From Desulfatiglandales bacterium (GTDB taxonomy: Bacteria; Desulfobacterota; DSM-4660; Desulfatiglandales; Desulfatiglandaceae), in the NCBI GenBank assembly GCA_963662465.1, contig OY759599.1, positions 6,240,001 to 6,304,000 of the forward strand: a DNA stretch of 64,000 nucleotides. Reading direction: 5' to 3'. Shown one piece after another: positions 30,665 to 40,273 of this stretch (position 1 is its first letter; each line of letters opens with the position of its first letter). Made by a program: the position numbers and the translations under genes. The notes under the pieces are model-generated. The model had not been told where the DNA came from. It made no database searches and worked only from the letters and a program-made list of their open reading frames with translations.

Positions 30665-31182
30665 GCCGATCTTTCGGAATACAGTGATGAAGAGATTAAA
30701 GGCGCTGTTGTTTTGAGAGTTGTCTTTCTCCTTTTGAAGCATATTTTTTCAAGCGATCTTCCGGAAAAATTCCCTGGGATTTTGGGTCTGTTAAAAGACC
30801 TTCTGAATAAACGAAACGGTCTTGAATATCTTGAGACGGTGTTGCGATATGTTAGCTTCAGGGAGTGATCAAATAGGCAGTGTCGAGATTGAGGAGAGCG
30901 TTAGACAGGTTTTTTGAAGGTCAGGGAGGAGATATCATGCCAACAGCAGCTGAACAATGGATTGAGCAGGGAATTGAGCAGGGAATGCAGCAGGAGGCTA
31001 TGAAACTTTTGTCTCGTCAAATTGTGAGGCGTTTTCAGGTCAGCTCTGATTCTGTTCAACCGATCTTTGCCGGCTTAACCACAGAGCAACTTGAAGAATT
31101 GGGGGAGAGGTTTCTTGAAGCTGAAAGTTTGGATGAAATTCAGGCTTGGGCAGAGGAAAAACGGTTGACAAAAGCGCAATAA
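30665..31182 (+). pseudogene. Rpn subfamily C copy C2; intact internal ORF 30937..31182
   Basis: Duplicate of C1 with the same frameshift; GGAGGAGATATC-ATG. Confidence 0.8.
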
Positions 31183-31190
31183 ATTACCCT

Positions 31191-33093
31191 ATAGGGGTAG
31201 GAAAGAGCCTCTTGGCTCTCCCCTCCCTCCGAACCGTGCATGCGGTTCTCCCGCACACGGCTCTCCGGTCGATAGTTTCCTCATCGGGATCGGCACGCTG
31301 CTAACCGGGCCTCATGCATAGTGAAAAGCCCGATTTTCGCGAAGTAGGCATTCGGCCAGCGGCGGTGGGCTTCAAGGCTTTTGCCCCAGCCCTTGCGTTT
31401 GTTACGACGCAATAATACGGCGCGTAAGCGTCGGCGGACAAACTTATCCACCGCCGCAAACTCAGTGCGGTAGGCGTGTTTGAAGTAACCAAACCAGCCT
31501 TCGAGCATGGGGTTCAGATCATCAATGATGCTTTCCATACTTCCGCTACGTTTGCGCCGGGTCTCTTCCCGGATTTTATCACGAAGGGCTTTACGGCTTT
31601 TACTGCGTATCCAGCGCTTTCCTGCCTCAAACCGGTATCCCAGGAATTCAAATCCCTGACCCTTTTGTCGACAGTCGCCAAGATGCGTCTTGTCCGGGTG
31701 TAAGCTCAGGTCATTAGCCTGTACCCACTCCCGTACCTTTTGCAAAGCATTCTCCGCTTCCGTTTGACTGCGGCTGAGGATAACAAAGTCGTCCGCGTAA
31801 CGCACCATCCGCATACCTGATTCCGCGATCAGGCTGTCAAGAGGATGCAGGTAAATATTCGCAAGCAAGGGGCTGACTACCGCCCCTTGTGGCGAACCAC
31901 CCGTCGGTGTCCATCTTTCCAAGCCGTCCATCACGTCCTGTTTCAGGAACATTTGAATCAGATTGAGCAATTTGCCGTCGCTGATGCGCATTTCGACTTG
32001 TTGCATCAGCTTATCGTGCGGAATCGTATCAAAGTAACTTTTCAGGTCGGCGTCCAGTATGAAGGTGTAGCCTTCCTTAATAAGCGCGTCTACTTCTCGC
32101 AACGCGTCCTTGCAACCTCTTTGCGGCCTGAAGCCGTAACTCATCGGCAGAAATTCATGCTCGAATATGGGCTCCATAACCATTTTAACCGCTGCCTGCA
32201 CTACCCGGTCTTTGACCGTGGGTATCCCCAGCGGGCGTTGTTTGCCGTCGCTTTTCGGAATGTATACCCGTTTTACCGCTTCCGGTCGGTACGTTCCCGC
32301 TTTCAAGGTTTCATGCAGTTCGGCAAGGTATTTCTCCGCCTGCTCCTTAAAGCGCTTTATGCTGATACGGTCTATCCCTGCCGCTCCTTTATTGGCTTTG
32401 ACACGTCCCCAAGCCGCTTCCAGCGTCGACAAGGCGAACACCTTATCCATCAAACTGTACCATTTACCACCTTTCACCCCGTTACCCAGGGCTGCCAACA
32501 TACGTTCCGTCCACACCGATGCTTCCACCCAATCCCATCGGGTTTCTGCCTCGCGTTTAGTTGTTTCCAACACTGCCGAGACTGCTTGATTTAGCTGCAT
32601 CTATATGACCTTTCCGTATCTATCTTCCTATCCTCCTTCCCTCGGCACGGTTTTGCTATCCGCGCTTTTCACAACCCGGTATCCGACGCAGGCGGCGGGT
32701 ACTGGTCTCACGCCGTAAGCCTTGTTAGCAGGACCGTTCTGTCGCTACGGTACTATGAGGACTCTGACTCCTGCCTCCTGTCACCCCAAGAGACAGGTCT
32801 CCCTGCTTATCTCGCTTTACCTTCCAGTCATTCCGACCCCAAACATACCATGCCGTCAAACCATCGCTTTAACCGCCATTACAGCGTGGTCTGTGAGTTT
32901 CAGGCTTCACCATGGAACGGTAGGCTCGCCACCACATGACACCGAATCGGGTTCGTCATCCTACGGACTGACTTTTCGCCTCCGGTTGCTCTCCACCCCG
33001 CCTCGCGGCGACGCAGTTACCTTCGGCTACGGAGCTATGGCATACTCCGGTACGGACTTTCACCGCACTGATAAAGCGCCTTCACAGGCGCAC
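31191..33093 (-). mobile_element. Group II intron, copy 2 (1903 bp, inverted relative to copy 1)
   Basis: Reverse complement of 20239..22141; inserted at CCCT|CATTCCCACGC. Confidence 0.95.
31281..32600 (-). CDS. ltrA: Group II intron reverse transcriptase/maturase
   Basis: Protein identical to 20732..22051; at least two silent SNPs. Confidence 0.95.
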   Translation of the reverse strand: MQLNQAVSAVLETTKREAETRWDWVEASVWTERMLAALGNGVKGGKWYSLMDKVFALSTLEAAWGRVKANKGAAGIDRISIKRFKEQAEKYLAELHETLKAGTYRPEAVKRVYIPKSDGKQRPLGIPTVKDRVVQAAVKMVMEPIFEHEFLPMSYGFRPQRGCKDALREVDALIKEGYTFILDADLKSYFDTIPHDKLMQQVEMRISDGKLLNLIQMFLKQDVMDGLERWTPTGGSPQGAVVSPLLANIYLHPLDSLIAESGMRMVRYADDFVILSRSQTEAENALQKVREWVQANDLSLHPDKTHLGDCRQKGQGFEFLGYRFEAGKRWIRSKSRKALRDKIREETRRKRSGSMESIIDDLNPMLEGWFGYFKHAYRTEFAAVDKFVRRRLRAVLLRRNKRKGWGKSLEAHRRWPNAYFAKIGLFTMHEARLAACRSR

Positions 33094-33611
33094 CATTCCC
33101 ACGCTCCGGCGTGGGAACCCATACCGGGCGGCGTTGACACGCCAGGGCTGAACCTGCCTCCCATAACTTTTTAAAACATGATGTGAAAGTCTTTTTCATA
33201 CATTGAAAACCAACACCAGCTCCAAGGCTGGAAAATCCCAAAGATCTTGGGGAGACTCCAGAAAAACCATATTCAGGGAAGTTTGTGTTGCGCTTGCTGC
33301 CCAAATAGCTAACCAGAGCCTCAACGCATAGGCAGCAGAACATTTGATCTAAAATGCCGAACAAGAACTTCAAAAGCCTTTTTGAAGAAATTGGTTTCCC
33401 TGCCTGAGTGAGTCTCCGATTTTTCTTGCACATTAATAGTATGCCCTACGCTAAACGCAACATGCAGAAAATAGACCCCTCTTCCCAGCATCTTCAGGAT
33501 AAAAAAAGCCTGTATAGTGAATTACATTTTATCTGAACTTATAGCCACATAAGTTCTGGCAATCAGAACTTTATCCTTGACACATCGAGACTCAGAGTGT
33601 ATTGAAATTCT

Positions 33612-33917
33612 ATGCACATAATCGCTCGTAACTCACTGATTGAATTTGGGGTAAAATATCCGGATGTCAGAATGGCTGTTGACAGGTGGTGGACTATATG
33701 CAGAAAAAATACTTTTTGTTCTTTCTCCGACCTGAAAAAGACATTCGGCACAGCCGATATGGCAGATAGATGTGTTATTTTCAACATCGGTGGCGGAAAA
33801 TATAGATTGGTCGTAAGAGTCAACTTTGTGGGCCGGAGAATGTGGATAAAGTATGTGTTACCCCATAATGAATATGAAAAGCTTGATCTGAAGGAGGACT
33901 CAAAATGCCGGCCATAG
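33612..33917 (+). CDS. higB: HigB-family toxin, second copy
   Basis: Six substitutions versus 26176..26481. Confidence 0.88.
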   Translation: MHIIARNSLIEFGVKYPDVRMAVDRWWTICRKNTFCSFSDLKKTFGTADMADRCVIFNIGGGKYRLVVRVNFVGRRMWIKYVLPHNEYEKLDLKEDSKCRP

Positions 33918-34285
33918 ATGGTATGGATTCCAGAGATTTATATCCACTGATAGTTATAAGAAGCCAGGATGATTACAAAAAGGCACTTGGTTCCATGGAG
34001 ACTGTTTTTGATGAGGAGACAGGTCCCCTGGCAGATTATGCAGAAACACTTGCCATCCTGATTGTGCACTATGAGGAACAGAATTTTCCATTGGAGAAAA
34101 AACAGGGAGTGGAAGTCCTGAAGTTTCTTATGGAACAGAATGGTCTCAAACAAAGGGATCTGGTGGGGACTCTTGGAGGGAAGTCGACTGTTTCGGAGAT
34201 ACTTAATGGGAAAAGGCCATTAAACTTGCAGCACATCAGGACCTTGGCAGATAGATTCCATGTTGTGCCCGGAACCTTTGTTTAA
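33905..34285 (+). CDS. higA: HigA-family antitoxin, second copy
   Basis: Near-identical to 26469..26849. Confidence 0.88.
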   Translation: MPAIDGMDSRDLYPLIVIRSQDDYKKALGSMETVFDEETGPLADYAETLAILIVHYEEQNFPLEKKQGVEVLKFLMEQNGLKQRDLVGTLGGKSTVSEILNGKRPLNLQHIRTLADRFHVVPGTFV

Positions 34286-34483
34286 CACGGACACACAGGC
34301 TGACACCGACTTTTTCACCTATCGCAGCTTCTTCCATGACGAAGAAACCCAAAGATTATTTTACCATGAAAACAGGCGATAGGCGATGGGCTATGGGTTC
34401 TGCCGCCATTTTCATCTGCGGGGGTGGCAAATCCCTTGTCATGAGGGTTTACCATGAAAATACATCGCAGGCGCCTGCTGTGA

Positions 34484-34511
34484 GTAGAGACAAGGCATGC
34501 CTTGTCGCTAC
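34484..34511. repeat. Single GTAG-type REP palindrome
   Basis: GTAGAGACAAGGCATGCCTTGTCGCTAC. Confidence 0.7.
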
Positions 34512-34575
34512 AGCCTCGACCGTCGCGGCGAGACGCCGCTCACACAGCGCCATTTTCATGCGCGGGGGGGGGGGG

Positions 34576-34915
34576 ATGCCTGAGGCAATCCAGCGATTCA
34601 TCGATACGAATTCGCTCGACGCGGTATTTGATGTTTATGCCTCGATTATAGAAACATACAAAGACGATTTTGCGAAATATGCAACCCAGTCCGAAGGCGA
34701 ATATTCAAGCCTTTCTTCTTGGATTGTGGCTTGATGAATACCATTTGCGGCGTTCAATGGATAGCATTGAACGAACTTAAGAGAACGTCATTTATCAATA
34801 AAGGCCATGTAGCTGAACAGTTCATTGCCCAACATCTTGTCTTCGTCGGAAAAAACAATGTAAGCCCGTTTTTGACCTACTGGTTGCGCGAAGGGAGGAC
34901 CGGAAATTTGGTGAC
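34576..34915 (+). pseudogene. Internally deleted fragments of an AAA_14/DUF4143 ATPase
   Basis: MPEAIQRFID.. then DCGLMNTICGVQW..YWLREGR, matching 61553..62956. Confidence 0.8.
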
Positions 34916-35255
34916 ATTTTAATCCGAAGTTGTTACCTGCGCAAGTTGTTTTTGTAACCGCTTACTGCTGACGAACTCTTATTCTTTGGATCTGTGCAGG
35001 TAGTGACTTACAGATTAAATGCTTCGAAAAAAACAAGATGATCAGTATAATAAGAGGAATTCATTGCTAAAAAAACTTAAAACTGCGTCTTGCCGCCTTA
35101 GCCATTATACATCCTAATTCTCCCCACCATCCCTTCCAGTCTTGCCCTTTCAGCTTTCACCTTTGGGTTTCTATCCATCCTATCCACAGCTCTCATCTTG
35201 ACAAATCCAACAAACTGGGTAATACTATGTATGCCCTAAAAACAGGAGGCTATTT

Positions 35256-35528
35256 TTGCGAATTAATGATTTCGAATGGGATGAGGGTAATGCCTTGCAT
35301 CTCCAACTGGGTCACGGTATTTCGCCGGAAGAGGCAGAAGAGGTCTTTGCCGGCGACCCTTTTTTCAGACGAACAAAAAAAGGGCATTACGCAGTTTTTG
35401 GTCCAACCTTTGAAGGAAGGTATCTGACGATTGTTTTCCAGCTAAAACCCAAAGGCATTGCTCGACCTTTCACCGGCTGGGATATGCGTCGAGCAGAAAT
35501 TCAATACTACAAGAAACACAGGGGATAA
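35256..35528 (+). CDS. brnT: BrnT-family toxin
   Basis: FEWDEGN..HGISPEEAEEVF..GPTFEGRYLTIVF; SD AGGAGG, TTG start. Confidence 0.85.
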   Translation: MRINDFEWDEGNALHLQLGHGISPEEAEEVFAGDPFFRRTKKGHYAVFGPTFEGRYLTIVFQLKPKGIARPFTGWDMRRAEIQYYKKHRG

Positions 35529-35530
35529 GA

Positions 35531-35824
35531 GTGGCAACACAAAAACCGGCGCCAAAAAACTGGGCGGAGTATTACGACCAGGAAAATATTCTGGAGGAAA
35601 TCCTGGAGGACGCGGTCAATTTCAGCTTGAACGAAGATCTTCTTCAGGCCATCGTTGCAGGCAAGCGTAAGAGAAAACTGAAAAATATCTCTATCAAGAT
35701 AGATCCTCTGCATGTTTCAGCTATCAAGAAGCTTGCTACAATGAAGGCTATCCCTTATCAGACTTTGGTAAGACAGTGGCTTGCAGAGGATATTAGGAAG
35801 GAATTGGATGCGGTCACAAAATAG
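35531..35824 (+). CDS. CopG/BrnA-like RHH antitoxin
   Basis: ISIKID..IKKLA..IPYQTLVRQWL; directly downstream of brnT. Confidence 0.8.
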   Translation: MATQKPAPKNWAEYYDQENILEEILEDAVNFSLNEDLLQAIVAGKRKRKLKNISIKIDPLHVSAIKKLATMKAIPYQTLVRQWLAEDIRKELDAVTK

Positions 35825-36092
35825 CTGGATTCATGGGCTTATCAACTTCTCCACCTAAATTTGTGCATGTTACCCCATAAAAGAAAAAAGGTTGTAAGTA
35901 TCCTGAAAATCACGTAAATCCTGTCACAATAACCCGGTAATATTCAAAAGGGACAGGCCAATAATTTTATATTGGCGACGTGGGCCGAATTCTCCTTGAT
36001 CTCCATTCCTTCCATCAATTTCCAAACATCAAAAGAACCTTGCCCGACCTTGGGCTTTCTGATATTCTGGCAGCATATTCAAACTCGAACGG

Positions 36093-37103
36093 GTGGAACA
36101 AAAAATGACCTTTGACTCTGAAACGGCTGATTACGACAGCCCGTGGAAAAACGCTCTGGAATGCTATTTTCGTGAATGCATTGAGTTTTTTCTTCCTGAG
36201 ATGGCGCAGGATGTGGATTGGGAAAGGGGATGCCTTTTTTTGGACAAGGAATTTCAGCAGGTGTCCAAAAATGCGGCTGTCGGTCGCAGATATGCCGACA
36301 AACTCGTACAACTGTACCGCAAAGACGGCAGCGATGAATGGGTGTTGGCGCACGTGGAAGTGCAGGGGCAGAAAAGGAAACCGTTCCCTGAGAGGATGTA
36401 CACTTATAATTACCGAACATTTGACCTTTTTCATCGGAAAGTAGCCAGTATCGCGATTCTGGCGGATGAAAATCCTTTGTGGCGTCCGGATCATTTCAGT
36501 TATGAATTGTGGGGAAGTCGTGCCGGGCTGTGGTTTCCATGCGTGAAGCTTCTTGATTACAGTGAGAAATGGACGGAATTGGAGGCATCGACCAATCCCT
36601 TTGCCTCGGTTGTGATGGCGCATTTAAAGGCGGTTGAAACCAAGGGAGACAACGAGCAGCGATACCGGTGGAAGCTGATCCTCATTAAAAGGCTTTACCG
36701 CCAGGGATACTCTAAAGCAGATGTGCTCAGGCTGTTTGCATTTATAGATTGGGTCATGTCCCTGCCTGCGGATATGGAAAAAGGCCTTTGGACGGAAATC
36801 CAAAAGTTCGAGGAGGAAACGAAAATGGAATATGTTACCAGCGTGGAAAGAATCGGTATGGAGAAAGGCATGGAGAAAGGCATGGAGAAAGGCATGGAGA
36901 AAGGCATGGAGAAAGGCAGCCTGAATCTTCTGTGCCGTCTCATTGCGAAGCGATTTAAAACCGGTTACGAATCGCTTCCTCCGATCTTCACGGGTTTGCG
37001 TGCGGAAGATATCGAAGATCTTGGCGAGCGTTTCCTGGATGCCGAGAGCGTGGATGAGATTCGTCGATGGGCGGAAGAAAAACGCAGGGCGAGGATGCAG
37101 TAG
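36093..37103 (+). CDS. Rpn family nuclease, subfamily A copy A6 (full length); internal ORF 36825..37103
   Basis: Near-identical to A3; (GMEK)5. Confidence 0.88.
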   Translation: MEQKMTFDSETADYDSPWKNALECYFRECIEFFLPEMAQDVDWERGCLFLDKEFQQVSKNAAVGRRYADKLVQLYRKDGSDEWVLAHVEVQGQKRKPFPERMYTYNYRTFDLFHRKVASIAILADENPLWRPDHFSYELWGSRAGLWFPCVKLLDYSEKWTELEASTNPFASVVMAHLKAVETKGDNEQRYRWKLILIKRLYRQGYSKADVLRLFAFIDWVMSLPADMEKGLWTEIQKFEEETKMEYVTSVERIGMEKGMEKGMEKGMEKGMEKGSLNLLCRLIAKRFKTGYESLPPIFTGLRAEDIEDLGERFLDAESVDEIRRWAEEKRRARMQ

Positions 37104-37419
37104 CGCAGGGACTCAGCCCATGGACATCTGGGTGGCGCTTTGTAAAAAACATGGAACAGAAGTGGGATGTCCATAAAAAGCTAAGAAAGTTGCCAGGCGT
37201 ACAATGATTTCCCGCTTGCCGAGGCCGCGTATCGGTTGTTATTCGAAAATTATTGCAGAAGGGAATAGGTTCAGACCTCAATCTTTTGACAGGATTAACA
37301 GGATCAACTGGATAAAAGAAAAAAGGTTATAAGTATCCTGAAAATCACGTAAATCCTGTCACATTTGACCTTTTTCATCGGAAAGTAGCCAGTATCGCGA
37401 TTCTGGCGGATTAAAATCC

Positions 37420-37867
37420 GGCTCAATGCGGATTAACGTGAAAAAATGTTTCGCCACCAGGAAAAACCTCGGTGCATTCGTCATAAAGAATCGTATGTAT
37501 TCGGAATCCGACGAACCCATGGTTATTTTTCCCACGCGGTAGGTCAGGGTGCGGCGCGTCTCGTTTTTTCCTCTGACGCTGTTGAATCCCAAATGGGTTG
37601 AAATCCATCAAACGACCGAAAAAAACCCGAACGCGCCGTTCCCTGACATTTTTACGATCACCCCAACGTCGCCAATGGCGATTATCGGTTTATGCCGAAT
37701 CAATGTCAGGTAATCCCGTGTGTGGACGTGTGGGATTTTGAACGTTCATGGAGGTTGGAGTGAAAATAGAAATTTCGCGGTAAAAATGTAAACGCGGGAT
37801 AACTTGACCTACGGACTATACGACTTTTCCCCTCCGGGAATGTTTTCACGTTAATCCGCGATGAACC
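37420..37867. mobile_element. MITE type T2, full length (448 bp), internally palindromic
   Basis: GGCTCAATGCGGATTAACGTGAAAA / TTTTCACGTTAATCCGCGATGAACC; follows an Rpn-A fragment ending TAAAATCC. Confidence 0.8.
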
Positions 37868-37900
37868 GAATAGCCATGGCTCAGTGCGATTACCAACACA

Positions 37901-38200
37901 AGGGTCGCGTGTTTATATAAAGCTTGGCAAGCAGCGAGCGGTTTTTCATTCTCCTCACCCACAAAAAGAGGCGGTCAAAGGGGCAGTTGAAGATATTAGA
38001 TCGTTTTTGAAATGAGCAGGAGTTCAACCATGAGCAAATTAAATATCCTGGCATATAAAGGGTACTTCGGAGAAGTTTCCTTTGACAGTGATGCGAAAGT
38101 GTTCTACGGGCGTGTCATAAATACACGAGATACGATAACTTTCCAGTCAGATAACGCCAAACAGCTTGAAAAGGAATTTCAGGTTTCGGTGGATCCTTAG
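37901..38200 (+). pseudogene. hicAB relic (hicA 3' part; hicB 38030..38200 truncated)
   Basis: GSRVYIKLG..FHSPHPQKEAVKGAV; YKGYFGEVSFDSDAKVFYGRVINTRDTITF. Confidence 0.75.
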
Positions 38201-38300
38201 CGTAATACCCAAGGCGGCAGGGCCGCAGGTTTAGTGTTAAGTTCAAGCGGTTACAGATTTTCTTGTTTTTTGTGGCAGAAATTCCGGGAGTAAGGGCCGC

Positions 38301-38973
38301 GTGGCGGAACAGTTCATCGCCCAACACCTCGCTTTTTTTGGAAAAAACAACGTGACCCCATCTCTAACCTATTGGTTGCGGAAAAAAAGATCAGCCAATG
38401 CCAAGATTGATTTTGTGACGCTGTTGGATGAATCGATCGTTCCTGTCGAGGTTAAAGCCGGCAAAAGTGGTTCGCTCAAGTCCCTTTTGCAGTTCGTAAA
38501 CCAAAAAGAAATCAAAACCGCCGTGCGCTTTGATTTGAATCCGCCTACCTTGCAACATGTCTCACACGCCATTCGCCAGGCCGATAAATCCCTACCGATA
38601 GCGTTTGCTCTATTATCTCTTCCGCTTTACATGATTGAGGAACTGTTCAGAATTTTTTCTGCAAGAAACGCCGGCTGACGTGCTCAAAATGTGGTTACGA
38701 ACTGAGTCTGATAAACCATATCTGAACATTTGGAAAACAGGGAAAGAAAATTTGACAAAAAATTGGGATTCGATAAATCAACCTTTTGAAAAAATTGAAC
38801 TTGCAAGGATACTTTTGCCAAATCTGCCACGCAAAGCGATCTGCTGTGCCTGCAGTAAGGTGTTCGACTACGTGCCCATGGCCGCCGGTGAAAAACTCAA
38901 ATATGTTAGTGTGGATTCTGATGGCCAGTCTCGAGACATCAGCCGGGCGCTTGCTCTGCTCGAAAAAGCATAG
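38301..38973 (+). pseudogene. Further AAA_14/DUF4143 fragments in scrambled order
   Basis: AEQFIAQHL..VPVEVKAGKSGSLKSL (38301-38678); KVFDYVPMAAGEKLKY (approx. 38856-38973). Confidence 0.75.
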
Positions 38974-39108
38974 ATCATCATGAAAGCCTGTCACACGGGC
39001 GCATCCGATTCTGCTGCATCTTTTAACCGTTGTTCTATCTTTTAGCCCAGTGTTTCGCGAACGGACTCGATCGGGTACGCCAGGTGCGAGGGACTTTCCG
39101 GCCCACAT

Positions 39109-39301
39109 CTGCCAAAAAATGTCACATTATCTGGCAAAAAATGTCACATTTTTTGCCAGATAATGACCTAAAGGGAAAAATCCGTATTTTTAAAAAAGAC
39201 ATGTTCCAGAATTGCATGGTTTTTTTTCGGTCTATTGTTCTGTTTATGGGGAATTTTTTCAGCATTGATGCTTTTGTCAATATGATGGCATAATATTTGC
39301 T
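39109..39301 (+). promoter_or_regulatory. Sigma-54 promoter (39286..39301) with upstream repeated activator-like sites
   Basis: TGGCAT-N5-TTGCT; CAAAAAATGTCACATT direct repeat x2 plus inverted TTTTTTGCCAG about 120-175 bp upstream. Confidence 0.7.
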
Positions 39302-39394
39302 TGTCTATAATGCAAGTTGTGGGGATCATATCTTTCCCAGCGATAATGTCGTACAAGTATCATCTTGTAACAACCGTAAAAAGAAAGGTGTCTG

Positions 39395-39760
39395 TTGATG
39401 ATTAAGCACGTGGAAAGAGGTTTTACCCTTATTGAACTGATGATTGTTATTGCCATTATCGGTATTCTGGCGGCCATCGCCATCCCTCAATTTACTGAGT
39501 ACCTCAAAAGGGGGAGCAATGCTGCGGCCAAAACAGACGTGCGGACTGCGTCCATTGTGGAAGAGTCGTATTTTGTGGATAATCAATCATACGCCAACGA
39601 TGTGAATGCGCTCATCAGTTCAGGGTTCAGGGCGTCGGAGAATGTCACCCTGACGGTGAGCGGCGACAACCAGGGGTATACGCTCACCAGTTACCATGAC
39701 AACGGCGATGAGACCTATATCATTACAGGACCCCTGGGGAATTTTACCTTTATCAGATAA
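39395..39760 (+). CDS. pilA: Type IVa pilin 1
   Basis: [25 protein letters not shown] prepilin motif. Confidence 0.9.
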   Translation: MMIKHVERGFTLIELMIVIAIIGILAAIAIPQFTEYLKRGSNAAAKTDVRTASIVEESYFVDNQSYANDVNALISSGFRASENVTLTVSGDNQGYTLTSYHDNGDETYIITGPLGNFTFIR

Positions 39761-39879
39761 TGCGTCATTTCAATAAATAAAATATCAATTTAAAGCGAAA
39801 AGGAGGTGTTGCTTTTTTAAGGAGAGGGTGTTTTTTTTGAATCGTTTTAGTTAAAGGAAAACCAGAAAGGAGACTCAAA

Positions 39880-40254
39880 ATGTTGAGGAAAATTAAGAAA
39901 AATAGGAATGAAAAGGGTTTTACCCTTATTGAACTGATGATTGTTATTGCCATCATCGGTATTTTGGCGGCCATCGCCATCCCGCAGTTCACTGCGTATC
40001 GGGCCAGATCATATGACGCTTCGGCCGCATCGGACCTTAACAATGCTGCAAAGGCGCTGGTGGATTATGTGGGCAAGTATGAAGCGTATCCGACTAGCAT
40101 AGATTCTCTTAGCACCAATACCTCTAAAGGTGTGACCCTTACCGGGGCTGTTAATGTTGCGGATTGGGCCATGACGGCTACCCATGCGGAGGGCAACAGA
40201 AATTATTTTCTTAGTAACGCATCCGGCAGATTAACCTACTCAGAAAAAGAATAG
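39880..40254 (+). CDS. pilA: Type IVa pilin 2 (Geobacter PilA-like N-terminus)
   Basis: G|FTLIEL..IPQFTAYRARSYDASAASDL; SD AGGAG. Confidence 0.92.
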   Translation: MLRKIKKNRNEKGFTLIELMIVIAIIGILAAIAIPQFTAYRARSYDASAASDLNNAAKALVDYVGKYEAYPTSIDSLSTNTSKGVTLTGAVNVADWAMTATHAEGNRNYFLSNASGRLTYSEKE

Positions 40255-40273
40255 GTTTTCACCTGCATGACCT

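Noticed and set aside
20732..32600. RT plus many near-identical repeats as a diversity-generating retroelement or retron
   Set aside because: Both RTs lie inside complete group II introns (GTGCG, domains V/VI, domain X); differences between repeats are not adenine-specific; no TR/VR pair or Avd recognised
16600..39000. Integron cassette array
   Set aside because: No tyrosine integrase, and no regular attC-like sites recognised between genes; the hairpins are REP/MITE types
16600..39000. Array as a pure assembly artefact
   Set aside because: Copies differ by SNPs, repeat counts and precise insertions with empty sites; long reads would still be needed to confirm order
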